The position numbers and the translations under genes were made by a program. Source: Octopus vulgaris (Eukaryota). Taken from it: a stretch of DNA of 64,000 nt. Positions 11,233 through 24,121 of the stretch are shown here, piece after piece. The first letter of the stretch is position 1. Every line of letters starts with the position of its first letter. The notes under the pieces are model-generated. The model saw nothing but the letters and a program-made list of their open reading frames with translations, ran no database searches and was not told where the DNA came from. The stretch covers positions 30,504,001 through 30,568,000 of the forward strand of contig OX597839.1 in assembly GCA_951406725.2 (NCBI GenBank), read 5' to 3'.

Positions 11233-12960
11233 GATGCAGGATTATACGGGGATGACGGTCTTATAGTCACCCTAATATGAATGGCCATGAGTTAGATAGA
11301 CTTAGGAAGAATTTTATTATTCTCTTTCAAAGAATGGTCTTATGGATAACAATAGAAAGTAACCTAAATAATGTAGATTTTTTAGATATTAACGTAGATT
11401 TGCAAATAGATAAATTCAAACCCTACCGTAAGCCTAATGAAAAGCTATATTATATTAACAGAGAGTCGAATCGTCCACCCATACTACCTAAGAATCTATT
11501 TAGTAATATAGGAAGGCGCATAACATCCATATCTTCAGACAAAACAGCGTTTCAAAATGCTGCATCATATTATAATGATGCATTAAGGAGCAGTGGATTT
11601 TGAGAGAAGCTCCAGTATAGTCAAAGCACTACTAATGATAATAGAACACATAGGACTAGAACTAAGAAAGTTTTGTGGTTTAATCCAACTTCTAACATTG
11701 CCGTAAAAACTAATATAGGAAGAGAATTATTGAAACTAGGTTCTAAGCATTTTGGAACAAACCATAAATTCTACAGAATTTTTAATAGGAGAACGCTGAA
11801 GGTTAGCTGTTCTTGTTGCAAGAACTTTGATTCTTTAATGAACCAGCAGCACAACATGAAAACCATTAGAGTCAACCACAGTGCTGGAAATAACCAGAAG
11901 AATTGTGATTGTAAAGATCAAAGTTGCCATCCATTAGGTGAAAATTGTCTTGAGAAAGGAATAGTTTGTAGAGCTAAGGTACAAATAGATGACTCACAAG
12001 AATACAGGACATATATAGGAGCTTTGGAAAATTCCTTTAAGACTAGATTATATTCCCACTGCAATCCGTTTTGATGCCCCAGAAATAGGATAACAACGAG
12101 TCTGACAACTGAAAGAAAATGACACTGGTTCTTTCCAAATCAGCTGGACAATCTTGGAGAAAACAGCACCATACAAGCATGGAGCATCTAGACACCGAAT
12201 GAGGTGCAATTTGTGCCTGACTGAAAAGCTCTTCTTCTTGCTGCAGGATAAATATGCACTGAACCAAAGGAGGGAGCTTTTAAATTCCTGCAGACACGCT
12301 ATGAGGCATAAAATGTTAAGTGAAAAAATACGAATAACATTGACTTTTGCATTTGAATTTGACTTTCTCACCTGAAAATTGGCACCATTTTGTTTAACAT
12401 TCATTTTGACATTTTTTGCCTTTGCATTTTACATTTTGCTCCCTTCAAGAAAACCTTTGACTGGATTCAAACTTTATTTCTGTTTTATTTTCATTATTTT
12501 ATTGTAACTGTTACTTTTAAATACACCTTTTTGAACCATGTGATTGGTTTTTAAATTGCAATTAAGCCACAGAATACCTCACAACGTGGATTTCCTAATG
12601 CACACCTTTAAAAGTCAATCTACAATTGTCCAAAATATGTTTTAAAGATATCGAATACCTGAATGGATTTGTTTTATTTTTTTTATTACAATTTTTACGA
12701 TTTTTATTATTTATTTAACTACTTTCATTGCATTTATTATTTAGTGAACTGGACAAAATATTTAGGGATTTTTCACCATTTGCTAAGTTTCTGATTTAAG
12801 TTTGGCTGAGGTCAAACTTTTACTTAAGGTGAGCCTGGGAACTGATGGTTTTGGGGTTTTGTTGTTTGTAACTTTTGGTGAGCCATGGTGCAACCAACAA
12901 CAGGGTAAAATCCCTACCATTAATTTGGTGTTGATGGGTAATATCAAATAATTCAATCAC
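11233..12960 (+). mobile_element. 5'-truncated, decayed Penelope-like retroelement (RT thumb + GIY-YIG endonuclease; Naiad-like) with AT-rich 3' region
   Basis: Track ORFs at 11044, 11277, 11673 and 12154 give GLYGDDGL, DFLDINVDL, PYRKPN, WFNP..VKTNIG, IFNRRTLKVS, CDC..CHPLGENCL, GIV..YIG..FKTR..H, CNLCLTEK and LNQRRELLNSCRH. It has two frameshifts and two in-frame TGA. The 3' boundary is approximate. Confidence 0.88.
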
Positions 12961-13118
12961 AACATATATTTAAATTAAACATGAAAAAAATTGAAATATT
13001 ACCACTTACATGGAAAAATTGTAATATTAACTTTCAGTATTTTGTAAGGTAAAATCTGAAATTATTAATTGACATATTATTAATTATCTTATAACAGTAA
13101 TGCCTGGAAAAATCATGG

Positions 13119-13621
13119 ATTACATGGAAAAGTGCAAGCATGAAAAGTAATATTCTTAAGATTATAAACCTGGAAAAGTACAGGACAAGTTATTACACCT
13201 GGAAAAGTATAGGACAAACTATTATTTCAAGTAAAGAATAAGAAACTTTTTACTTAAAATATTGCAGCTAAAATTAAAATTTGAATATTAAAACTTATTT
13301 TATTATAGTTTACAATTAACACTATACTTATTTAAGTAGAATTTGGCTAATTTGCTACCTTAAATACAGAAAAAATTGACTAATTAGACAAACTTACAAA
13401 TTAGCTGAACAGTTTTGTACAATAAATTTAAAAGATGAGAACTGTAAAGAGTGATAAATTAGAAGAACTGGCATTCTTTGCTGCAGTATTTTAAGTAAAA
13501 AGTTTCTTATTCTTTACTTGAAGTAATAGCTTGTCCTATTCTTTTACAGGTGTAATAACTTGTCCTGTACTTTTCCTAATCTTAAGAATATTACTTCTCA
13601 TGCTTGCATTTTCCATGTAAT
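13119..13621. mobile_element. MITE-like inverted repeat (about 150-bp arms, 210-bp spacer)
   Basis: 13119-13268 is the inverse of 13480-13621; internal (c/a)tggaaaa subrepeats. Confidence 0.8.
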
Positions 13622-14651
13622 ATATGTGTGTACACACCTTTGTATACATTAGTAAATATATTCACATTTATATTTGCCTGTATATGTATGTATGTATCAA
13701 CGTTTGTCAGTGCTAGTGTACATATGTATATATTTTTAGTGTGTGTATGTATAAGTGAATGTCTGTATGTGAATAATGGGTGTCTATATTTTGATGCTCT
13801 GAGATTTCTGTAAGTGAATATTTTACTATAAACAGACTTACATTTATTTTAATTGAGATTATTTTATAATTTATTAATTTACTCTAGGTATATATGTTTT
13901 ACATTCTAACTCCGTGATTCCCAACATGGGGCACATGGTAATATTTTGGTGGGGCATGGTAATATTTTGGTGGGGGTATGGTGATATTTTGGCAGGACAT
14001 GGTAATATTTTGGTGGGGCATGTGTAGAGTTATGCTGAATTTTTATACCTTTTGTACACAATGTTTAGTATACCAATAGAGAAAGGGGACAATTTGAGAA
14101 TGAGTAATTAAAAAAAATCTTTACATCCCTTCTATGGACAATTTTATCAAATTTTGGACACTTTAGAGACAACAGGTCGTTTTCATCTTACAGATTATTT
14201 CCTTTGATTTAGTAGTGTGTGAAAAGCATGTGTGTATGTGCAAGCGTGCATACATGTGTGTGCGTGTGTGTCTGTAGTATAGAACTGGTCAATACTGAAA
14301 GCATTGCCTTCTTATTTCCCTCTGGAGAAATAAACTTTTACTTTTATTTGCTTCAGTCATTTGACTGCGACCATGCTAGAGCAACACCTTTAGTCGAACA
14401 AATTGACCTCAGAACTTATTCTTTGTAAGCCTAGTACTTATTCTACCGGTCTCTTTTGCCGAACCGCTAAGTTACGGGAACATAAACTCACCAGCATCAG
14501 TTGTCAAGCGATGTTGGAGGTGGGGGTGGACAAACACACACACACATATATAGGGAATCCAAACAAAGAAGAACAAACAAGAAAAAACAATAACGTGAGG
14601 ACATGGTACAAATAATGTATTATCAGACGCTCAGGAAAGGAAAGAAAGAGG

Positions 14652-14686
14652 ATTTAACGCTTCGAGCCTTGCTCTTCTTCAGAAAT
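14652..14686 (-). ncRNA. Minimal hammerhead ribozyme-like motif (GAAA mutated to GAAG) in a short repeat inserted in a SINE
   Basis: Minus strand reads attt CTGAAGA a gagc aag gctc GAAGC GTT aaat, with perfect stem I (attt/aaat) and stem II (gagc/gctc). Confidence 0.6.
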
Positions 14687-14924
14687 AGAGGAAAGTCCAA
14701 AGGAAGGGAAGATGGAAGAAGAAAATCGCCAAAGATACACACGTGGTTACATTTTGAAATGTATATACGATGGGCTTCTTTCAGTTTCCGTCTACTAAAT
14801 CCACTCACAAGGCTTTGGTTAGCCCAAGGTTATAGTAGAAGACACTTGCCCAAGGTGCCACACAGTGGGACTGAACCTGGAACCATATAGTTGGCGGAGA
14901 CAGACTTATGTGAGCGGATGTGTC

Positions 14925-15763
14925 TAAGAGTATAGAGTTTGGTTCACATGGCAGAGATGTAAACGGAACCCTTTCCCCTTTAAAAAAAAATTTTTTTTAC
15001 GGAATCCCATGTTTTAGGCTATGGAGATTCCAATTCTGAAATTTTTTTTTCCAAAATCACAACTTCAAAATTTAATCCCCCGCCCCTCATTTCTTCATTT
15101 TTCCCTTTTTCCGGAATTTTTTTTTGCGAAATATGTACAAAAATACAGAGATTATAATTCTGAAAAAAATTGGTTAATGTTTACATCTTGACCCGGAAAT
15201 GAAAATCCCCCACCCCCCAAAAAATACTGGAAAGGGTGTAAGACAATGTGTTGGAAACGAATATGAAAAAAAAATGGGTGCAAAGCAACGGGTGGGTGAG
15301 GAGAGGACTTCGGAAAATTCACAAAATCCGAGCTTTTCCCTCATAACTTTTAAGAAAATGGGTTTTTTTTCAATGAAACTTTATAGAAATACCTTTGAAA
15401 CGGCATACATTATGACTATAAGGTGATTTGTGGGGAAAATTTTGAGGTGGAGAGAGGACTTTCAGAAAATTCCCAAGACCCGAATTTTTCCTCGTAATAT
15501 TCCGAAATCACATTCAACTTTCTACAGATACCCTAGAATAGTACTACTACACTACGTAGTGGTTTTTCTACCCACTTTCAATAATTTCTAATGTTTTGGC
15601 TTCAATTTTATTTCATTTTCAAGTATTTTTATGCTTTTTTTAACCCTTCGTCGTTATTCTCATTCACTCATTACTTTCTATCTATCTATCAATATATATA
15701 TATATATATATACATACACACACCCACACACATATATATATATATACATACACACACCCACAT

Positions 15764-15814
<51 letters not shown>

Positions 15815-18590
15815 GTTATGAGGGAAAAGCTCGGATCTTGTGAATTTTCCGAAGTCCTTTCCCTACCCTTTTGGAAAAGATTTCCCCCACAAATTTCTTT
15901 ATAAGGTGTTAATTTTTTTTTTAAAGTTACCAAAAAATACGAGTGCAGAAATAACGGCAAACTCTTTTGACAAAAGAAAAGTAAAAATCGGAAAGAAACC
16001 CAGTGACAAAGTGAAATGAAAGTTCGTTGATGTCGTGTGGGCATGTCGTTTGGTTTCAAAAAATCCATTATTTTCTCTGGAGCAAACTGCTTCAATATTT
16101 CCTCAAATGAACATTCTTAATTTCACTTTGTCATATTACTGCGGGAAATTACTCTGAAAGAAATCTTTGCAGAAAGGTGTGTCGATTGAATACATATTTC
16201 TTTAATTATGTCATCGTAGTTTTGTAAGATTTGGCTGTTATTTCTAGCATGTGAATAGCCTGCTTGAAGGCCAAGGCCGTAGAATCGGGAGAGGAGGGGG
16301 TGGGGTAAATTTTATTTTTTGAGAAATTGAAATTTTACAAACAATCTTTTTTCAGAATCACAATTTCCGTATTTTTCCGAAAAAAGAAATTGGGGCGGGG
16401 GGGGGGGAGTGAAATTTTGAAGTTGCGTTTTTTTAAAAAAGTTTCAGTATTGGAATCTCCTTAGAAGTGTGGAAGGGTTCCGTTTCCACATTGGCCAGGT
16501 GAGCCTTGAGTCTTTTAATCTCTGGCGACAGAGTGAGGGATGAAAGAATGGAAATGGTGTGGGGTAGTGAGGGGTAGTGTCAGTGAAGGAAGGGAAAGAG
16601 GCAGAAAGAGAAAGGGGAGAGAGAGAGGGAGGCAGATAGATAGCTAGATAGAGAGAGGGAGACAGATAGATAGAGAAAGAGAGAGAGGGAGAGAGAAAGG
16701 GAGACAGATAGATAGAGAAAGAGAGAGGAGAGAGAGGGAGACAGATAAAGAGAGAGGAGAGAGAAGGAGACAGACGGATAGATCGATAGATAGATAGGTA
16801 GATAGATAGATAGAGAGAGAGACAGACAGAGATTTATGGTCCTGGTAATGGCACACACACACACACTCGTCCATTTTATGAACAGAGATGAAAATTAAAA
16901 AGGTGTCATTTTATTCCCACCAAACAGTTTGTGAATTCAGCAAAAAGGTAAGAAAAAAACTTCCATCATTGATAGAAAGGCTTTTTTTTTTGCAGCTGAG
17001 AAGATTCGCGGAATATTTTTTGTTTCTTTTTGAGCAGATTTTCCGAAAGTTTATTAAACTGGAATCTTTTTGAAGATTCAAAGACAAAACTGCAGATTTC
17101 CGAGCCCAACCACCGACTTTGGATGATCAAAATTTTCAAGAAAATGGATAACTTTTAACGAAATTATCCATGTGTTTCCGAATATACAAAATTTTGGGAG
17201 AAAAGTGTTTTAGGAGAGGTTGGGGTGGAGAATTTTGGAAAATCCACCGGAGTCCACTTCAATTCGTCTTAACTTTCAAGAAAATGGATAATTTTTTAAA
17301 GAAAATTCTCTACAAATATACCTGGGACTATGTAGATTCCGAGGACATAAGAATTTGGGGGGAAAACATTTGGGGGCTAATTTTGAGAGCTGTTCCCCGC
17401 TCGCCGGTGATTCTGAACAAGTCGACCATATTTGTTTCGTTTTCTCCATTTGTGCAACAGACGACAGGCGACGGAGGCAGACGAAGCCCTCACCAGGAAA
17501 CTCGTTAGGCTAAAAATAACAGCTAACGGTCGTCTGGTACACAGAAATATGTTATTAAGACAATTTACCTGTTGCATACGATTTATTTTCCACTTTAAGT
17601 AAACTCCCAGGTAATCATTTCTAATAGAAAGCCAGAAGACACCAGAAGCAAAATGAGGAATATACACGCACAGTTAAATATAAAAGTGTAAAGCATAATT
17701 TGTTACATAATCTCTATAATAAATATGATATTGAATGGAATAATTCCCCGTTTGAACTTTTTTATTTACATGTGTGTGTGTGTGTGTGTGGGGGGGGGTT
17801 GAAATCTATGGATGCACAAAACGGAAACAAATATCGACGACTTATTCAGAATCACCGGCGAGTGGGGAACATTTCTCAAAAATAGCCCCCAAATGTTTTC
17901 CCCTAAAATTCCTAACTCCTCGGAATCTAAATGGTCAGAGATATATTTGTAGAGAAGTTCATAAAAAAATATCCATTTTCTTGAAAGTTAAGATGAATTG
18001 AAGTGGACTCCGGTGGATTTTCCAAAATTCCCCACTCCAACCCCTCCTAGAATACTTCTCCCCCTCCAAATTTTCTATATTCGGAATCTACATGATATAA
18101 CACAGATTCGTAGACAATTTCATTAAAAGTTATCCATTTTTCTGAAAGTTATTATCATCCAAATCGGGGGCGCTGAAATCTTTAGTTATTCCGATTCAAA
18201 AATACATAAAATGAGTCGTGCAAGTAATAAAATGTTCAGAGAAATATTTAAAATTTAGATTTTTCCCGCTCTGCACGATAAACTGTCACCAAGTTATAGG
18301 CGAAAAACTCGGATCTTGTGAATTTTCCGAAGTTCTCTCCCTTCACCTTGGAAAAGATTTCTTTATAATCGTAATCTATGTTGGTTGAAATTTCATTAAA
18401 AAATAAATTCCTAAAAGTTATGAGGAAAAAACTCGGATCTTGTGGGTTTTCCGAAGTCCTCCCATCCGTTGCTTTCCCCTTTTTGTTTTCATATTCGTTT
18501 CCTACACGTTTTTTTTTTACATCCGTTGTACTTTATATTTTTTAATTTTGTTTCCAGGTAATATAGTAAACATTAACCAAATTTTGAATA
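14925..18590. mobile_element. Nested foldback/MITE-like inverted-repeat complex
   Basis: Inverted pairs at about 14930-15100/16380-16520, 15295-15350/15815-15865, 17090-17455/17813-18180 and 15165-15500/18290-18585, built from a reused module (ggacttcggaaaattcacaa.atccgag). Confidence 0.7.
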
Positions 18591-18999
18591 ACAAAAATTA
18601 AATATCACAAGGGGTCATCAGGATTTTAGAAATGATTCGGTGGGGCATGACCAAAATTCGGTTGGGAATCAATGTTCTAAAGTTATTTTTTGATTTACTG
18701 TTTTCTTCGATTTTACACAATATGATTTTTAAACTTTTTAATTTTATTACGTATATCACCGTTTCTTTTTTTTTAAAAAAAGCGTTAGTTCAAATGACCA
18801 GTGAAATGAAACCAATTTCAAATGTGTATCTGTCAATGTAAATTGTATATTTATAGAGATAACCTTAAATTTTGTTCCATTCTCAATCAAAACTATCCAA
18901 CGAATGGGAACATGAAACTCTGAGTAGCAGTTTCTTGTGATATTTTTGTGATGTTTTTTCAGCTTTAATAATACAGTACACCCCCCCCTCCTCCTCACC

Positions 19000-19310
19000 A
19001 TCATCGTTTAATACCCGCCTTCCATGCTGGCATGGGTGGGATGGTTTGATAGGAGCTGGTCTGGCGGAAGCATGCACCAGACGTCTGTGACTGTTTTGGC
19101 TGGACTTTTACAGCTGGATGCCCTTCCTATCACCAACCACTTAGCAGAATAGACTTAGTGCGTTTTATGTGGCACAAGTACAGGCGAGGTCAGTTTTGGC
19201 AGGGTTTTTACAGCTGGATGCCCTTCCAAATGCCAACCACTTTTCAGTGTGGACTAGATGTTTTAAGTGACACCTGCTCTGACAGGGTCACCGAGGTAAC
19301 TTGCGAGATA
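19000..19310 (-). mobile_element. Retroelement/SINE fragment with (GAT)n tail (related copy at 2445-2660)
   Basis: catcatcgtttaa..cttccatgctggcatggg..acagctggatgcccttcc is shared with 2445-2560. Confidence 0.6.
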
Positions 19311-20049
19311 AAAAGTTCTTTTGAGAGGGGAGGAGACATTGGATGAGGTGATCTTGTGTCAGATGATTAAAGGTTATTGTGTGACAGAGACAGGTGTCTT
19401 ACTGTAGAAGAGGTACAAGGTGGGGGAGAGAGATCAAGAATGAAGACAAAAACACATATGCCGCTACAAAGGAGATTCATGGTTACCAGCTTGATGGAAG
19501 AGAAGGCAAAGGAGAGAGAGAGAGAGAGTGGGAGACAGCAGGATAGAGATGGTGGCAAAGTGCCAAGCATACTCTCAAGGAATGGGGATCAGAATATAAA
19601 TGGGATGGTTGAGTAAAGGAAGAGAGAGATATAAATGGTGGCAAGTGCCAGGCCATACCCTTGAGGTTCAAATGTCATAATATAAGTGTGTGGTGAAAAC
19701 CTGGGTATATATGAAGTGGTGGAGGGTACTGGATAGCAATGATACAGAGAAACAGCTGTGGAGACAGGATTGGGAAGTGAGAGATAGGTGCATGAAGGAG
19801 GAAATATGAGGAAGAGAAGAGATGTAGATTGGTTTGTTGGGGTAAGGTGTGTGAAAAGTTTTCTTGTTATCTGTGGGTCAGGGGCTAGAGGATGGCAGTG
19901 ATACAGTGAGATTGGACCAAGAGGACAGGATTGGGAAGTGGGACGGGTGTATAGTGCGTGAAGTAGAAATATGAGGAAAAGATATGTTTATATATACTAA
20001 GTACATAAGATTTTTGTGGTCATTTGAATGAATTTAGAAAAAGACACAT

Positions 20050-20790
20050 AGCTCATCAATGAAAAGCTGTATTTGAAAACAAATTGGTGCAAAAAATCTT
20101 GAAAATCCTTTTATCATACCTATTCAATGAATCCACCGTTAGCATCAATGGCTGCTTCAATATGGGGTCAGAAGAGTTGAGGTGCCTGAATCAGTTTTGG
20201 ACATAAAACTGGTTATGGTGGACTTGAGATATTGTCTGGTATTATGGGGGTGTTGATGGACCTCTCTCTCACAAGTACCCCCCATATGTAATAGTCCAGT
20301 GGGTTGAGGTCTGGTGAACAAGGAAGCTATGTGTCAGGGGGAATATGGTCATAGGGAGACGCATGCACTTACGCTTGAGTTGTTCTAACCTTGCGAGATG
20401 GTGCAGAGTCTTCATTGTGTACTCTGTCTATCCAGGGCCTCACAACTTTCTCCAATACAACGGTATAGGTAACGTCATTGACTCTTAAGCCCCGTGTAAA
20501 ACAGTGAGGAGGCATGACATCTTACTCATTGCTAAAGACTCCTAGAACCATCACAGTTGCTAGGAACTCAGTATAAATGACTGCTGGAACTTCATTCGGG
20601 TCTCTGCAGTTTAGCTTTTAGGTCCTGATTGAAATTTTTCTTATTGGAGAAAAACCAAAGCATCCCAGCCACTTGATGTTTGAACTTGTTTTTGCGTGTC
20701 CAGCATAAACTGACCCTTCTGAATCACATACAACTTGTCTCTGATGTCTTCGTGCACAACTCTTCTGATGGTGCATTCTGCAACCTTTGG
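20050..20790 (-). mobile_element. Decayed Tc1/mariner transposase relic
   Basis: Minus strand reads DHIPPDT*LPCSPDLNPLDYYIWG (about 20280-20352), with FSNKKNFNQD upstream. Confidence 0.75.
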
Positions 20791-20848
20791 AATGTATATC
20801 TATCTATCTATCTATCTATCTATATATATGTATATATGTACATATGCA

Positions 20849-20889
<41 letters not shown>

Positions 20890-21117
20890 GTACATATGTA
20901 TATATACATAAATCATCATCATCATCATCATTTAGCGTCCGTTTTTCATGGTATATGTATATATATATATGTATATATGTACATATGTATATATATATGT
21001 ACATATGTATATATATATGTATATATATATGTGTGTATACATATATATGTATATATATATATATATTTATATATGTATATGTATATATGTATGTCTGTAT
21101 GTATGTATATATATAAA

Positions 21118-21332
21118 TAAATTTAAAATAATAAGGGTGAAAAATTTAATATTAATTTGATTAATATCAATTTACCCAGTGGTCTAGCATATTAAAATCT
21201 GAAGATTCTGGAAAATTATATTACATACATATAATTTTTCAGAATCTTCAGATTTTAATATGCTAGACCACTGGGTAAATTGATATTAATCAAATTAATA
21301 TTAAATTTTTCACCCTTATTATTTTAAATTTA
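21118..21332. repeat. Near-perfect palindrome (about 104-bp arms, 7-nt loop) in TA-type microsatellites
   Basis: taaatttaaaataataagggtgaaaa..ctggaaaattatat [tacatac] atataatttttcag..ttttcacccttattattttaaattta; one mismatch seen. Confidence 0.95.
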
Positions 21333-21334
21333 TA

Positions 21335-23340
21335 TATATACATGCATGCATTCATGCATATATACATACATGCATACCTACATACATACATACGTACATA
21401 CGTATGTAATAACATACATACATACATACATGCATACCTACATACATACTTACATACATACCTACATACATACTTACATACATACCTACATACATACCTA
21501 CATACATACCTACATACATACCTACATACATACCTGCATACATTCCTACATACATACCCATGTACATAGCTACCTACATACCTACCTACATAACTAGCTA
21601 CATTCCTAACAAACATACTTACCTACATACCTACCTACATACCTACCTACATACATACCTACATGCATACCTACCTGCATACCTACCTACATAACTACCT
21701 ACATACATACCTACAAACATACCTACATACATACATGGTGGCTGCCCCCTCGTTATCGAGTATGGCCATTGCACGAAGCTTAATCAATGTTGTTATCGTG
21801 CAATGGCTGTGCAAGAAGATTTTTTTTAAAGTGAAGAAAGCCTGTGCACTGAATCAATCCCACTCACTAAGCAACAGCAGCCATAATCCGAAAAGAAGAA
21901 CAAGTCAACATCATCGGTAACCACTGAGCCGCAGGTTTTATGTCGGAGTTATCCCAGTTTCCTGAGTTACCTTCTCCTAGAAGGATGCCCTAACAAGGGC
22001 TAGAGTCCTTCACACCCAATGGTTTAACCGCGCTATCGGGTATTCAGTCTGATTATTTCTATGTCCCCGCGCATGATACAGCCTTAAGCCTTAAGAAAAA
22101 AAATTACACATTTATTGGATGGCCGTTGACTCTCAGGAGTTCCTCCGCCCTTTGACGAGTTTTGTTTTTCATCCCGCAGGGTATCCAATAAACATCCTCC
22201 TCACCAAGCAAGCTTGGTGGGGTTGTCGGTTTAGACGCCGACGGCCCGACCATGCAACAGGTTGTACTGGGTTACATGTCAGTAGCACTCGAAAGTGTCC
22301 TGACATACATACATACATACATATCTACATACATACCTACCTACATACCTACATACACACATGCATACATATATACCTACCTACCTACCTACCTAACTAC
22401 CTACCTACCTAGCTACCTACCTACCTACATACCTACCTACATACCTACCTATATACCTACCTCTATACATACCTACATATATACCTACATACAAACCTAC
22501 ATACATACCTACATATACATCTACATATATACCTACAAACCTACATACATACATACCTACCTACATAACTACCTACATTCCTACTAAACATAACCTATAT
22601 ACATACCTACCCGCATACCTACCTACATACATACCTACATACATACCTACACACATACCTACATTCCTACTTACATTACCTACCTACATACATACCTACA
22701 TACATACCTACATACATACATACATACCTACATACATAAATATATACATACCTACATAGATACCTACCTACATACCTACCTACATGCCTATCTACCTACA
22801 TACATACATACATACATACATACCTACCAACATACATACATACATACATACCTACCAACATACATACATACATACATACATACCACATACACACCTACAT
22901 ACATACATACATACATACATACATACATACATACATACATACATACATACATACATGCATACATACATACCTACATACATACATACATACATACCTACCA
23001 ACATACCTACATACATACATACCTACATACATACATACATACCAACATACATACATACATACATACATACATGCATGCATGCATACATACATACATGCAT
23101 GCATGCATGCATACATACATACATGCATGCATGCATGCATACATACATACATACATGCATGCATGCATGCATACATACATACATCCCAACATACATACAT
23201 ACGTACATACCTACCAACATACATGCATGCATACATACATGCATGCATGCATGCATGCATACATACATACATACATACCAACATACATACATACGTACAT
23301 ACCTACCAACATACATACATACCTACCTACATACATACCT
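21335..23340. repeat. About 2-kb compound (TACA/TACC/TGCA)n array interrupted at 21737-22303
   Basis: Direct reading. Confidence 0.97.
21737..22303 (-). mobile_element. Non-autonomous, probably RTE-derived retroelement inside a (CATA)n array
   Basis: GC-richer 570-bp island with sharp edges in CATA repeats. It has a segment resembling RTE 5' UTRs (ccttctcctag..aagggctagag on the + strand), several hairpins and no credible ORF. Confidence 0.45.
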
Positions 23341-23958
23341 TTATTGTATAGAAAATATATATAAATAAATAAATATAAAAATATAAATGTAATGTTTAAA
23401 ATGAATTTGATATTTCTAAATTATCAAATTTAAATTATAAATCATTTTGATGAGTTTGGATATTGATTTTCTTTATTAATAATAACAATATTTTACCTAA
23501 CAAAATTTATGTATATATCGCTCGTATTAAATATATAAATACTTTAATAATATTAACAGTTTTATGCAATGGAGCACTCAATATAAATTCAGTATTAATA
23601 TTCTTATTGAATATATTTACCTAAAGAGTTATATATATATAAAAGTAGAAATTCTTTCACTTCCTCTATGTTTGTCTCTCTATACTTATGTCTACGTATG
23701 AAACAAACGAATTGTAGTAAGCAAGAAGACTAGTTACTGGCATAGGATATTCAGTTGAAGACTAAATCTGGTATTTTTTGCCGGAAAGCAATAATTTTAG
23801 ACGTCATTTCTTTTGACAATTGGAAAAATAAGTTGGAAAATTGTCAGGCATCGGGTTATGTCCCTTACAGTATTTCCTCGAGTTACCTCCCTTCCACTGT
23901 ATATTAAATCTTGACGACTTTGCATTGATCTTAACTTGATCTTTTTAAACAATCACTG

Positions 23959-24121
23959 TCAATAAAGTTGTGTATCTTTTCGAGTTTCATTGAGACATCG
24001 GTAGAGGCCATCGTGTGAATCAACTAGAATTGTCCACTTCACTGAAAGTCTGTTAACTGGCTGGAGACTAAAGACGGTGAATTCCTCAGCTCTGACGGGC
24101 AGGGCGGACATTCGTTGTGTC
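23959..24121 (-). CDS. Candidate terminal exon of the same transcript (..WTQRMSALPVRAEEFTVFSLQPVNRLSVKWTILVDSHDGLYRCLNETRKDTQLY*)
   Basis: Strong acceptor tttatttttctatttttctcccag|. The phase-2 reading is open for 53 codons to TGA and fits the 27831 donor. It is followed by AT-rich UTR-like sequence with minus-strand AATAAA near 23472 and 23340. Confidence 0.33.

Larger units (their letters stand above)
13912..18674. mobile_element. Block bounded by hAT (Charlie/Buster-type) terminal inverted repeats
   Basis: Left end ccgtgattcccaac, right end gttgggaatcaatg. Flanking 8-mers ttctaact/ttctaaag match 6/8. Subterminal ggtggggcatg motifs occur at both ends, with a 21-22 bp unit repeated four times at 13930-14022. 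Confidence 0.5.

Noticed and set aside
16948-16994. 47-nt GT..AG intron on the + strand
   Set aside because: Too short and inside a repeat complex; the flanks give no recognisable protein.
21195-21245. CTGAAGA..GAAA at the centre of the palindrome
   Set aside because: No stem II or stem I can form; likely coincidence.
20680-23368. Many YI/HTYI/MYVC ORFs (also at 31372-31949, 38715-39911, 42418-43665, 55170-55676 and 61020-61588)
   Set aside because: Stop-free di- and tetranucleotide microsatellites, not genes.
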